From Candidatus Bathyarchaeota archaeon (GTDB taxonomy: Archaea; Thermoproteota; Bathyarchaeia; Bathyarchaeales; Bathycorpusculaceae), in the NCBI GenBank assembly GCA_963806535.1, contig CAWDYC010000008.1, forward strand, positions 139,614 to 203,613: a stretch of 64,000 nucleotides of DNA, in the 5' to 3' direction. The translations under genes and the position numbers were made by a program. The first letter of the stretch is position 1, and each line of letters opens with the position of its first letter. This document shows, one piece after another, positions 42,833-52,593 of the stretch. The notes beneath the pieces are model-generated. The model worked only from the letters and a program-made list of their open reading frames with translations, was not told the origin of the DNA and searched no databases.

Positions 42833-42947
42833 GAAGCAGCTAAATGATCAGATTGGGCGGTTAGCCGCTTTTTAGAAGGGAAAATAGGTTAAAAAAAGGG
42901 CACTTGCAGAAAAGGACGCGATAACAAATCGAAAAATTATGAAAAGA

Positions 42948-43802
42948 TTAGTGATTAAACTGAACGTTCAAAATGGCTAATGTTGCCAAAAGCGCTTCTT
43001 CAGTTCTAACGGTTGCTGTTCCCTGCTCAGGAATTGTATTAACAACAAAATCAACTACGCGTTCAAGCTTTGCTCCTTCTTCTTTAGCAATTTCGTGCAA
43101 ACCTCTGGATGGAGCACCAAACGCGATTAAGATATGATTGCTGTGGGTCCATCTTTTGGCTATTTCACTACCGACAGCCATGAATTGAATGCCTAACTTG
43201 GCAGTAGCTATTGTTAAGTCAAATTCCGGGTCTTTTGCGAATTGAACAAAGGGCCTTTTTTCAATACGAATCTTAAAACCCCAATAGACAGGTATGTCAT
43301 CTCGATTTGCAGCTTGCACTTCAACTCGCGATCCAACATTGATAACTTGCAATGTTAAGCGTTCTCCAATAGCATACTGAGTTTCTCTTAAAACACCAGG
43401 CTGCTCTACTCCTATGTCCACAAGCAAGCCTTCTTTAGCTTGAGACAAAACCAAGCCTTCACGGTACTCGCCTACCTTCAAATCGCGAAGTTTACCGCTT
43501 ACGGGATGATGAGGCGTACGTAGGGGAGGCAAAATACCTGCAAACTGTAGGTCAGGTTCGATTTTGAAAAGTCTTTTACGTAGATACTGAGGGGTCTCTA
43601 AATAATTTAGTAAAAGTGCAATGAAATCAAGTTCTCTTGCTTGATTAGCTTTAGGATTGTCTTGGTAAACTATGATTTCGTCTACCTTGAAAATTGCTGC
43701 TGCCCTTCCAATCAATCCGATTTTCGCAGTTTTTTCTCGCAAGTGCGGGGTATCAGAAATTATGGAAGTTGGTATAGCAATGGCTAGTACTTTTTTAACC
43801 AT
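42948..43802 (-). CDS. SPOUT RNA methyltransferase (DUF171/SPOUT1 family)
   Basis: IAIPTS, IGRAAAIF, ETPQYLRK.LF, GILPPLRTPHH, NTIPEQGTATVRTEEA. Confidence 0.92.
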   Translation of the reverse strand: MVKKVLAIAIPTSIISDTPHLREKTAKIGLIGRAAAIFKVDEIIVYQDNPKANQARELDFIALLLNYLETPQYLRKRLFKIEPDLQFAGILPPLRTPHHPVSGKLRDLKVGEYREGLVLSQAKEGLLVDIGVEQPGVLRETQYAIGERLTLQVINVGSRVEVQAANRDDIPVYWGFKIRIEKRPFVQFAKDPEFDLTIATAKLGIQFMAVGSEIAKRWTHSNHILIAFGAPSRGLHEIAKEEGAKLERVVDFVVNTIPEQGTATVRTEEALLATLAILNVQFNH

Positions 43803-43979
43803 TTTTTACCTGACTATATATGCTTATTATTCGACGCTTGCTTAAAGTTGTGGCTAATATAAAAACAGAGACCATTCGGGTTGAATACATATCAGAGTCA
43901 CTGTTTACAGGATACGTACGAAAAAACATTTATGCTATTCAGCTCTATCTACAGTAAATCAGGCATCAGGAGTTACCCA

Positions 43980-44960
43980 ATGACAAATTCTTTGCAGCAA
44001 GAGACCGTTCAGAAGTTAAGAAAGAACAATTACAGATTAACGCTTTATCTCGCAATTGCAATCAGTTTATTGCTCATAGCAATCTCTTTAGCATTGCCGG
44101 ACCAAGGCTTATACTCCCTTCTCAATACCGGTTTGAAAGACATTGGAATGTCAATATTTATTGCAAGTACAGTAACCACGGGTTTTTCAGAATATTACCG
44201 CTCAAATCGAGAGGACCAATCCGCAAAGGAATTAAAAATTTATGCTAACCATGTGGAAGAACTTTTTAAAAAACAAAAGGAAGCGTTAGAATTACCTATT
44301 TACAAAAATCTTGCTGAAGCAGGAATTTTTGAATTTTATCCTAGTCGCAAGGGCAAGGCAACAGATGACCTAAGAATAAAACTTAGAAGTATAGATAATG
44401 GAACTATACGACTGATGGGCGCCACCCTTAGAGTTTTTTTTCATCCAGGATCTGATTTTACAAGTACAATAGACTACATAATACGAAACAAACCTCAAGT
44501 TAAGCTTGAAGTATTATTGCTAAATCCAAACTCACCCGAAGCACTCCGCCGTTCTGAAGCGGAAACGGGAATTGAATTTAATAGTGAAGCCATGTACCAC
44601 CAAAAAAGTATGCAATACAACGATCTTGTAACAACCACTAATCAAATAGCATTTTTTAATAGTCTCGTCACTGGTCACCAGCCTATAGAGGTTAGATTCT
44701 ATGATGCGCCTTATTGTTTTTTGGTCATTTTTGAAGACCAATGTTTCGTGTCCCAATACATTTACGGTGATGTTCCAACACAAATACACACTCTTGAACT
44801 ACCATTGATTGGATACAAAGAAGGATCAACATCGTTTAATAGATTAAAGTGGCATTTCAACCATGTTTTCATTAAGCAATCAATTTCAGAACAGGAAATG
44901 TTGAAAGTAAAAATCCGTTTCCCGACGACATCGACCAAGGCAAACGACAAAAATAATTAA
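43980..44960 (+). CDS. Two-TM protein with a C-terminal inactive PLD-fold (DUF5919-like) domain
   Basis: Two N-terminal hydrophobic helices; GI..FYPSR, IRLMGATL, VLLLNPNS....R, IEVRFYD, F...F pattern; no HKD. Confidence 0.65.
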   Translation: MTNSLQQETVQKLRKNNYRLTLYLAIAISLLLIAISLALPDQGLYSLLNTGLKDIGMSIFIASTVTTGFSEYYRSNREDQSAKELKIYANHVEELFKKQKEALELPIYKNLAEAGIFEFYPSRKGKATDDLRIKLRSIDNGTIRLMGATLRVFFHPGSDFTSTIDYIIRNKPQVKLEVLLLNPNSPEALRRSEAETGIEFNSEAMYHQKSMQYNDLVTTTNQIAFFNSLVTGHQPIEVRFYDAPYCFLVIFEDQCFVSQYIYGDVPTQIHTLELPLIGYKEGSTSFNRLKWHFNHVFIKQSISEQEMLKVKIRFPTTSTKANDKNN

Positions 44961-45019
44961 GGAAATGGCTCAACCAAAACAAATTTAAAATAAAGTTACT
45001 CCTAAATGTGTGATAGAAC

Positions 45020-46090
45020 ATGGAAAAAATAGATGACTTAGAGTATATTCAAAGCATCGACAAATCAAATATGATTAGTCTAATTCAAGATTATCCTAAA
45101 CAATTATTACAAGGCATAGCTATTGCAAAAAAACTAGAAATTCCCTCAACTTATAAGAAATTTAAGAATATTGTGGCTACAGGAATGGGTGGGTCGGGAA
45201 TTCCTGGAGATTATTTGAGGGTACTTCTAAAAGATGAGTTGGATATCCCGTTCGTGGGAAACAAGCAATATGACCTTCCACGCTTTGTTGATAAGGATAC
45301 TCTTGTGCTTGCGATAAGCTATTCGGGGACAACTGAAGAAACAATCGCAGCGTTTCATAATGCGAGAAGAGTTGGCGCAAAAATAATAGGCTTGACCAGC
45401 GGAGCAACATTAGGTGCATTATGCAAAGAGTATAATATACCCTGTATGCTGGTTCCTGCTGGAAGGCAAACGAGGACATCTTTTGGTTTTCTAATTTCCG
45501 CAGCATTGATGGTTCTTCAACAATTAAAAATAACTTCAAACAAGCAAGCACAATTAGAAAAATCCAGTGAAACATTAGAACAAATGAAAGAAGACCTGAA
45601 ACCTGAAGTTCCAGTCAATAAAAACACTGCAAAGTCAATCGCTCTTGAACTCCTCGAAAGAATCCCGATAGTTTATGGCGTACGTGATTTCACGGATGCA
45701 GTAGCTTTGCGTTGGAAACAAGAATTCAATGAGAACAGCAAGCTTTTCGCAGGATATGATTCTTTCCCAGAGTTGAATCATAATGAATTAGTCGCTTTTG
45801 ATTCAGCTCTCGTTAAACAAGGACTATATAAGACGATTTTGCTTCGACATGAAGGAGAGACACCCAAAATAGCTAAACGGATGGAACTAAGCAAAAAAAT
45901 CTTGACCCAAAGGAAACTGGATTTCATAGAAGTCTTTAGCAGAGGTCAGTCAACTACGGAAAAACTTCTCTCGTTAACCTATATCGGCGATATTATAAGC
46001 GTTTACTTGGCTGCAGCGAGAGGAGTGGATCCGACTCCTGTAGGAACAATAAGTTCGATGAGGGAAATAATGTCAAAAGAACCCGCATAA
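45020..46090 (+). CDS. Bifunctional phosphoglucose/phosphomannose isomerase (double SIS)
   Basis: GMGGSG, ISYSGTTEET, RWKQEFNENSK, FPELNHNE, RGVDPTPV. Confidence 0.92.
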   Translation: MEKIDDLEYIQSIDKSNMISLIQDYPKQLLQGIAIAKKLEIPSTYKKFKNIVATGMGGSGIPGDYLRVLLKDELDIPFVGNKQYDLPRFVDKDTLVLAISYSGTTEETIAAFHNARRVGAKIIGLTSGATLGALCKEYNIPCMLVPAGRQTRTSFGFLISAALMVLQQLKITSNKQAQLEKSSETLEQMKEDLKPEVPVNKNTAKSIALELLERIPIVYGVRDFTDAVALRWKQEFNENSKLFAGYDSFPELNHNELVAFDSALVKQGLYKTILLRHEGETPKIAKRMELSKKILTQRKLDFIEVFSRGQSTTEKLLSLTYIGDIISVYLAAARGVDPTPVGTISSMREIMSKEPA

Positions 46091-46179
46091 TCTCAACTCT
46101 TTTCTTTTATTCCGAGATTTTAGTTGCAAAACTAAAGACATTTAATCTTTAACAAAAATAGTACGTAAAGGGTTAGCGG

Positions 46180-47529
46180 TTGAGTAACTGTCAAAGTAAC
46201 AAAACATGTGTAAGATCATTTGATAGTTTCAGCGATTTTGAGAAACAAGAAAAACTCAATGAAATCTTGGGCACAGAAACGCCTAGGTATAAGGAACTAT
46301 TTGTTGAAGGATATGAACCTGGAACGTTTACATTATATGATCGAAAGGTTAACCCAACTTTTCTTGCTGACTATGAAAGGAATTTTGACTCATGGTTAAG
46401 AAACGTCATTGAAAATGAATTGAAAGCGTTGTATGTTGCAGGAATAATTAGTTACCCAGTCTCTGAATACGCAGTAAAGAACGTCTTTGTGCAAACAAGG
46501 AAAATTCTAGACTACAAACTAGAAAGCAACAGCAACAAAAGGGTTTCTGAATTAATATATAATCAAGAATACTGTGACATAATTCACAGAATGGTTTTAT
46601 GGCTTTTAACTGGTCAACCCGGTAAAGAAGTGCACTTATTCCAAGAATTTAATAAATTGGGTTTCAACATTGCTCAAGGCATACTGTGGGACATCCCTAA
46701 TTTGGAGTTAATCGACCTAATGAAATGGTCCATCGCTAGCGGTTCTATAGGCTTAGACATGAAAGGAGAAGATGCCGCAGCCTCTAGGCTTTCAAGTTCA
46801 GGAATTAAACTTGCCGAAAACAGCGATCAAGAATTGATTACCCGAATTAAGATTTCAGAGTGCAAGCTGAAAGATATTGCGTCAAGAAAGTTTGCAATTG
46901 ATTTTTGGCCCGAATTTGAAGATGAAGTGGTAAAGGCCAAAAAAAGCAAAAAGATTGTCTGGTTTACTGACGATTATATAGAAACAATGTTTGACTTGAA
47001 ATTTATTGAAAAAATGCTACTGCAAAATGATAATTTATCTGTTCGCATTGTTCCTCGTGCGGGCAGGTTTGTCAATGATGCTGCATTTGAAGACGTTGTA
47101 GCTTTCTTAGGTGATCCATTGTTTAGAGACCTTCAAAACTTCAAAGAAAAAGGCAGAATTCAAATAAGCAATGATGGACCTAAAGCCAGTTGTGTAAACG
47201 GAAAAAAGCTCTCAGTAGAAGTGTTGGAGTCCCTTAAAGTCAGCGATTTTAGTCTTTTCAAGGGCGCGAGAACTTATGAGATGATGCAGGGCTTTAAGAA
47301 AACAGCATATTTCTCATTTGTGGTTTGCAGGGAATTTAGTGAGGTAGTTACAGGTTTAGATGCTCGGCTGCTGCCTTTAGTGTTAATAAGGCAGTCAGCT
47401 GGGGAATATTCTTTTCAAAACTTCAAGTTCAGGTCAAACCGAACTTACATGTTTCCTGACGGAAGAACAATAGGGTTATCTTCCAAAACAGCTTTGGATT
47501 ATGCAAGTGAAAAGCACAAGGCAAGTTGA
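46180..47529 (+). CDS. Divergent DUF89/ARMT1-like phosphatase
   Basis: WFTDDYIETMFDL (vs DNAGE..FD), FVNDA, FKGARTYE. Confidence 0.7.
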   Translation: MSNCQSNKTCVRSFDSFSDFEKQEKLNEILGTETPRYKELFVEGYEPGTFTLYDRKVNPTFLADYERNFDSWLRNVIENELKALYVAGIISYPVSEYAVKNVFVQTRKILDYKLESNSNKRVSELIYNQEYCDIIHRMVLWLLTGQPGKEVHLFQEFNKLGFNIAQGILWDIPNLELIDLMKWSIASGSIGLDMKGEDAAASRLSSSGIKLAENSDQELITRIKISECKLKDIASRKFAIDFWPEFEDEVVKAKKSKKIVWFTDDYIETMFDLKFIEKMLLQNDNLSVRIVPRAGRFVNDAAFEDVVAFLGDPLFRDLQNFKEKGRIQISNDGPKASCVNGKKLSVEVLESLKVSDFSLFKGARTYEMMQGFKKTAYFSFVVCREFSEVVTGLDARLLPLVLIRQSAGEYSFQNFKFRSNRTYMFPDGRTIGLSSKTALDYASEKHKAS

Positions 47530-47593
47530 CGTACAACTAAGGTATGCTGATAGAAATAATGTAAAAAAGAGATTAGTTGAAAGCGGGAAAAAC

Positions 47594-48654
47594 TTAGTTG
47601 GCAATTACAAATTTTGCGAAGTCTTTTTCTGCAGTTTCTAGCGGCACCATCTGGGGAGGACGCTTAAATCCGTAAGCACAAACGGGTTGAACTGCACCAT
47701 TAAGCTTCCTGGTCAAAGCAACTTTCATAGCCCGAACAACATCAAAGAGTACAGAACCAGCATTTGGTGCGTCAACAGTTTGGAATTTTAGGTCAATTTT
47801 CATCGGTGCATTGCAGAAGTATACTCCGCTTATCCAGAAGTAGCTGTCACGTTTGTTCTGGAGAAAATCCACGTAATCGGTTGATCCAGCAACAACTTCG
47901 GCTTTGTAGGGTAAAGAAGCAGTTACAGACTCAGTTTTAATTGTTCGTTTTGCATCACGGCTTCGATCCATTGTGTCAACGGATTCTGTTCCTCCGCCAA
48001 CATCAAGCTGGTAAGTCTCATCTATCTTTACGCCATTATCCGAAAGCAGCTTAAGCAACGTCTTGTGCAAAGCTGTTGAGCCTACCTGATCGACCAAGTC
48101 ATCGCCGACAAGCGGAAGCTTGGCAGCCTCAAACTTTTTCGCCCATTCAGAGTCGCTAGCGATAAAGTTTGGCGTAGCATTCACGAAACCACATCCCGCA
48201 GCCAATGCTTGTTCAGCGTACCACTTGGAAGCTTTAGTGGCTCCACTTGGCAATAAATTAACCATAACTTCAGCGTCCGCATCTTTTAGAACCTCAACAA
48301 CGTTCGAATCAGGTGCATTGCTGACTTTTACAATAGCTTTACTTGATTCTCCCAAACCATCTAGCAAAGGTCCCTTGTTAACTTTAACGCCCAATGCAGG
48401 CACATCAGCAAACTTTTGGGGCATTATTAGGCAGAGCAAAAATGGCTTCGGAAAGGTCTTTTCCAACCTTACGCTCATCTACATCAAAAGCAGCAACCAC
48501 CTCAATGTCTTTTGGGCTTAAACCAGCCAAAACAGGGTTTCGGAGTCCAACAAAATCTTGAGATTTCTGGAATTTTGAGTAATACTTGAATGCCTTGGAT
48601 GAAGGCTGAAGCGCAGTTTCCAACGCCGATTAATGCAACTTTTACGTTAGGCAA
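47594..48654 (-). CDS. ino1: myo-Inositol-1-phosphate synthase with two +1 frameshifts (~48585, ~48415)
   Basis: [54 protein letters not shown]. Confidence 0.88.
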
Positions 48655-48819
48655 ATGTAGCACCTTGATTGGCTTCTTTATTTGTGAATGGATTATAAAA
48701 AGTTATTTTGTTATGTTCCTTCAACAAAAATCAATCAAGCACTTTCGTGCCTTTGTATACAAGTTCATAAGAAACGCTTATTAAATGACGCGGATTAAAC
48801 CTTAGAAGCCAGATAGTTT

Positions 48820-48897
48820 GGGCGAGTAGATCAGTCTGGCATGATCGCCACGTTGGCATCGTGGAGGTCCCGGGTTCAAATCCCGGCTCGTCCACCA
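48820..48897 (+). tRNA. tRNA-Ala(GGC)
   Basis: Full cloverleaf, G3-U70 pair, TT-GGC-AT loop, encoded CCA. Confidence 0.97.
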
Positions 48898-48902
48898 AAC
48901 AC

Positions 48903-49046
48903 TTATTCACGTTTACGCCTTGAAGGCGACTTAATTGCCAATTTAAGGGCGTTTTCACAGATTTTTGACGCGTTTAAACCCATTTCATAGGCTAAATTGG
49001 CTAATTCAGGATTTAACTCGATTGTTGAACTGACTTGCGTTATCAA
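48903..49046 (-). CDS. CcdA-like ribbon-helix-helix protein / probable intN remnant
   Basis: Hand translation MITQVSSTIELNPELANLAYEMGLNASKICENALKLAIK...; GGAGGT RBS; points into the tRNA antisense. Confidence 0.6.
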   Translation of the reverse strand: MITQVSSTIELNPELANLAYEMGLNASKICENALKLAIKSPSRRKRE

Positions 49047-49259
49047 TTTGCTGACCTCCACGTTTTGTACGTGTCCGTTGTCCGGATGCGCCTTTATAGG
49101 AATAACGGATTGAACTGATGAAACACTAAAATCTTCGAAAAGTTCTGCGCTTCATTGAAAGCATAGAAACGCAAAAAAAACACGCAACTTTCTACCAAAC
49201 TTCTTTTCCTTTTTTGTTGATTCTAAAATCTTTTAAGCAAAGTTAACTATACAACAATC

Positions 49260-49481
49260 ATGGACAAAGAAAAACATTTTATGTTTCACACCACAAAAAC
49301 AAGAGTAACTTTAGTTATCATGGGATTAATGTTTTTCTCATTCTTAACATATCTCTTTCTAATTAAAATTATAGATAATACCGCTTGGTCTGGGTTAATA
49401 GCTCTTGACCTCTTTCTTGTTATATTAACAACTGCAATAATAGATCGAAGGAAAAGCAGAACCTGTCTTGAAAAGTTCTAA
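49260..49481 (+). CDS. Small 2-TM hypothetical protein
   Basis: 73-aa ORF with two hydrophobic helices. Confidence 0.6.
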   Translation: MDKEKHFMFHTTKTRVTLVIMGLMFFSFLTYLFLIKIIDNTAWSGLIALDLFLVILTTAIIDRRKSRTCLEKF

Positions 49482-49487
49482 AATCTG

Positions 49488-50825
49488 TTAAATAAGGTTA
49501 AAACAGATAACAGACAAAGTGATAATATTCATCCAGCGTTTGTGTTTGTGTTTCTTGAAGTAAACTAACAAGCCAACAACCACAATCACCAATGCAACAG
49601 CGAGAAAAATCCAAACAGCTTCAACTTGAATTAATTGAGCAGTCGATAACTCGCCTATTGCGTAGAAAGTGCCGTTGTAACTGAAATATTCTATGCCGTT
49701 TGCGATTGCAGGTGAACAGCGCATGTCACTTCTGGTGGTAACGACACTCCACATGTTGCTTCCTGTTGAAGCATTAAGAGCGTCAGAGTTTATGTAAACA
49801 ATTCCGTTAGAGACTGCAGCCGAAGAATAAACAATGAAGAAGTCTTGAATATTCCAAATCTGGGTGCCGGTGGAAGCGTTAAGTGCGTATAACCCGCCAC
49901 CTTCTGAACCTATGTATACGACTCCGTCAGCTACTGCCGGAGAGGCTTCGATGCCTTCATTTTTGGTAATTTTGAAGGCGGTAAAGCTCCAGATTTTTTC
50001 TCCTGTAGTTGCGTTTAGGGCATAAACGTTGCCCTCTCCTGAACCAATATAGAGTATGCCCTCACTAATGGCGGGAGACGAAGTAAAGGGAAATGCATTT
50101 TTGAAGTTCCATATTTTGGAGCCTGATGATGCGTTCAAAGCATATACGTTTGGTTCTTCGGAGCCGTAGGTGCCAATGTAAACTATTCCATTGGTTACGG
50201 CTGGAGATGAGTCAATAGGTCCCCCAGTTGTGTAATTCCATATTTCGGTGCCAGTTTTTGCGTTGAGAGCATAAACATTGTCATCTTCTGAACCAACGTA
50301 AACTATGTCGTTGACAACAGCAGGCGAAGAAGCTATTCTGCCGCCAGTTGCAAAGCTCCATACCTTAGCACCTGATAAAGCATTTAAACAATAAATCTCA
50401 TTTTCTACTCCGATGAAAACCCTATTTCCAGAAACAGCAGGAGATGAGTATACAGGGCCTTGAGTTGGAAAGTTCCATATTTTTGCACCTGTATAAGCAT
50501 TGAAAGCGAATACGTTGGCTCCAATACTCCCTACTTTGTTATTCCAATTGGAACCAACATAAACTATGCCGTTAACTACAGTGGGTGAAGACTCAATGAA
50601 GAACTCCGTAGAACCGCCCTCCATATAGGTCCAAAGCTTATCTCCTTTCGTAGGTCCTGTTGTTGTTGCAACTCCCAAGTGTACAGAATCATGACGAAAC
50701 ATAGGCCAATCATCATTTGAAGTAGTGGCTTGAGCATTTGCAAGTTTAACCATAATTATGCTCGAGAAGACTAAAATGAGAATAAGAAACATCGAAAAGC
50801 TCTTGCTCTTACAAGTCATAGTCAA
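49488..50825 (-). CDS. Membrane-anchored PQQ-like (BamB-type) beta-propeller surface protein
   Basis: DWPMFRHD, repeated SSPAV..G.VY.GS...VYALNA.TG..IW, C-terminal TM-VYFKKHK. Confidence 0.92.
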   Translation of the reverse strand: MTMTCKSKSFSMFLILILVFSSIIMVKLANAQATTSNDDWPMFRHDSVHLGVATTTGPTKGDKLWTYMEGGSTEFFIESSPTVVNGIVYVGSNWNNKVGSIGANVFAFNAYTGAKIWNFPTQGPVYSSPAVSGNRVFIGVENEIYCLNALSGAKVWSFATGGRIASSPAVVNDIVYVGSEDDNVYALNAKTGTEIWNYTTGGPIDSSPAVTNGIVYIGTYGSEEPNVYALNASSGSKIWNFKNAFPFTSSPAISEGILYIGSGEGNVYALNATTGEKIWSFTAFKITKNEGIEASPAVADGVVYIGSEGGGLYALNASTGTQIWNIQDFFIVYSSAAVSNGIVYINSDALNASTGSNMWSVVTTRSDMRCSPAIANGIEYFSYNGTFYAIGELSTAQLIQVEAVWIFLAVALVIVVVGLLVYFKKHKHKRWMNIITLSVICFNLI

Positions 50826-50897
50826 GTTAAAGCAAAGTTTGCGTTAAAAGGTTTCTCGTAAAGCTCTCTTGACTGGAGTTAGTCAAGGTTTTCTTGA

Positions 50898-51110
50898 CTA
50901 TTGGCTCTTGTGTTTTTTGAAGTAAACCAACAAACCAGCCGCTACCAGCATGGTAAGCATTAAGGGAATTGTCAACACTTGAAACTCTGGAACGGTTAGA
51001 GTTGAAGTTGGGGACCCAGACACTGTTGTAAAAATGATAGTGTCAGACCAGCCAGATAGTACGGTTATCGGCTCTAATTGTGGATAGTTTATTGCACTTA
51101 CCTTGTACAC
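50898..51110 (-). pseudogene. 3' fragment of a surface protein with VPEF + TM + VYFKKHK tail
   Basis: FnIII-like SGWSDT end, VPEF, TM; no signal peptide or convincing start. Confidence 0.6.
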
Positions 51111-51362
51111 TGTAACATTTGCATAAGCTCGTATGCTGTGAATGGGCTCATTTTAGTCTTATTTTGATATTTGCTTTACGTTTTATCGTTGGATTAGTCC
51201 TGTTTACAACGCATGTTACATCGACCTCCACGATACCTACGCGGAGGTCCCGGGCTCAAATTCAGCTCTTCCACCAGTTTATCTCCAATTGAACCGCAAG
51301 CTTAAGTCATAACAAACCTTATGAATTAGCACAAGCAAAAAGAATCTGCGGGGACTCGATGT

Positions 51363-51893
51363 TTGTCAAGTTCTGAAAAGCAATTGGGAATCATTAGAGA
51401 CATTATTTTACCGCTTGATATTAACACAAGGTATGATGTTTATTTTACAGACGAGCGTGTTGCAATAGTTTGTATGGGCAAGGCAAACCGTTTCGAATCC
51501 GAGAAGTTAACGCAAGTTTCCTCAATTCCCTCGGCATTTGGAGTGCCTCCAGTCACATCATCGTACATAGAAAAAACAGAAAACATACAGGATTTTGACC
51601 AAGAAATAAGAAACTTGTCCATAGACGACCTTTTAAAGCTCAGCAAGAAAAGCTGTTTTTACAGTTACGATGAAATTGAAGAGGTTAAATTGATTTTAGG
51701 ACCAAAACCTAAGTTCATCATATTGAGCAAAGAATGTGAATCCAAGTTTTTTCCCGATGAGGAGCAGTTTAAGCAACTGAGCCAGATATTGCGTTCAATA
51801 GAAACACTAAGAAATAAATTCTCGATTGCTGGAAGCTGGAACATACTACAGGAAATATTCAAAGCTGCTTTCTCAGACAATATGGTACCTTGA
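51363..51893 (+). CDS. Hypothetical protein (possible PH-like fold)
   Basis: YDVYFTDERVAIV...YDEIEEVKL pattern. Confidence 0.7.
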   Translation: MSSSEKQLGIIRDIILPLDINTRYDVYFTDERVAIVCMGKANRFESEKLTQVSSIPSAFGVPPVTSSYIEKTENIQDFDQEIRNLSIDDLLKLSKKSCFYSYDEIEEVKLILGPKPKFIILSKECESKFFPDEEQFKQLSQILRSIETLRNKFSIAGSWNILQEIFKAAFSDNMVP

Positions 51894-52009
51894 CGCTTAA
51901 ACAATAAGGCTACAGAATAGCGCTTGAAATAGAAGCACGACCATGACTGATTACTAAAAAAAGTCACAGGTAAAGAATATTTTAGGCTATTCTTCCCAAT
52001 TTAGATGCT

Positions 52010-52144
52010 TTATGTTTTACTTACACAGTCTACTAGATGTGCTGTTCCATCTGGGCAATAGACTTTTTCACCCAAACTTACTTTGCGGTATCGTTGGATG
52101 CATGTCTTAATTTGTTCGCATCCATCGCAATCGCGTGAAATCAT
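52010..52144 (-). CDS. 44-aa Cys-rich microprotein (not in ORF track)
   Basis: MISRDCDGCEQIKTCIQRYRKVSLGEKVYCPDGTAHLVDCVSKT; GAGGGGTGA RBS upstream. Confidence 0.65.
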   Translation of the reverse strand: MISRDCDGCEQIKTCIQRYRKVSLGEKVYCPDGTAHLVDCVSKT

Positions 52145-52287
52145 TTTTCTAAAATTCACCCCTCTTCCTTCGCGATCCTTCTATACAACGTCATGACCGG
52201 ATTTAAGTTATTTTACATCTTAGGGCTTGGTTGTGGCGTAAGTTTTAAGTTGTGCAAAACAGTTCTGCCTTGAGGAAAAGCAAAGAA

Positions 52288-52593
52288 ATGGATTCAATCG
52301 CTGTAGCTAATATTGTTTTGAGCGTTGCTAGCGTAGTAAATTTTACCGCATTGCTCCTGATGCTAAGAGCTGTGATTAAGAACAGAAAAGTACTTCGTGG
52401 ATACAGCATTCTTGGATCATTTTTAACGTTTGTGTCCATCGTTGGATTTGAAATAGCTTATTATTTGATTGGGAACGTTGTTGGTTTTGCTTTGGGATGG
52501 GCAACAGTTGCTTTCTGGTTTATAGCATTCCTTTACAGTTTAAGGCAAAGATTGAAGGGTACTGAAGAGCAAAAAGTAATGGTTGAACCTTAA
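52288..52593 (+). CDS. Small 3-TM membrane protein
   Basis: Three hydrophobic helices. Confidence 0.65.
   Translation: MDSIAVANIVLSVASVVNFTALLLMLRAVIKNRKVLRGYSILGSFLTFVSIVGFEIAYYLIGNVVGFALGWATVAFWFIAFLYSLRQRLKGTEEQKVMVEP

Larger units (their letters stand above)
48861..51276. mobile_element. Decayed integrated element at tRNA-Ala (attL 48861-48897, degenerate attR 51241-51276)
   Basis: GCGGAGGTCCCGGGCTCAAATTCAGCTCTTCCACCA is a mutated direct repeat of the tRNA 3' half. Confidence 0.75.

Noticed and set aside
48731-48958. 75-aa ORF across tRNA-Ala as an independent gene
   Set aside because: It is largely tRNA antisense; it is informative only as a possible intN continuation.
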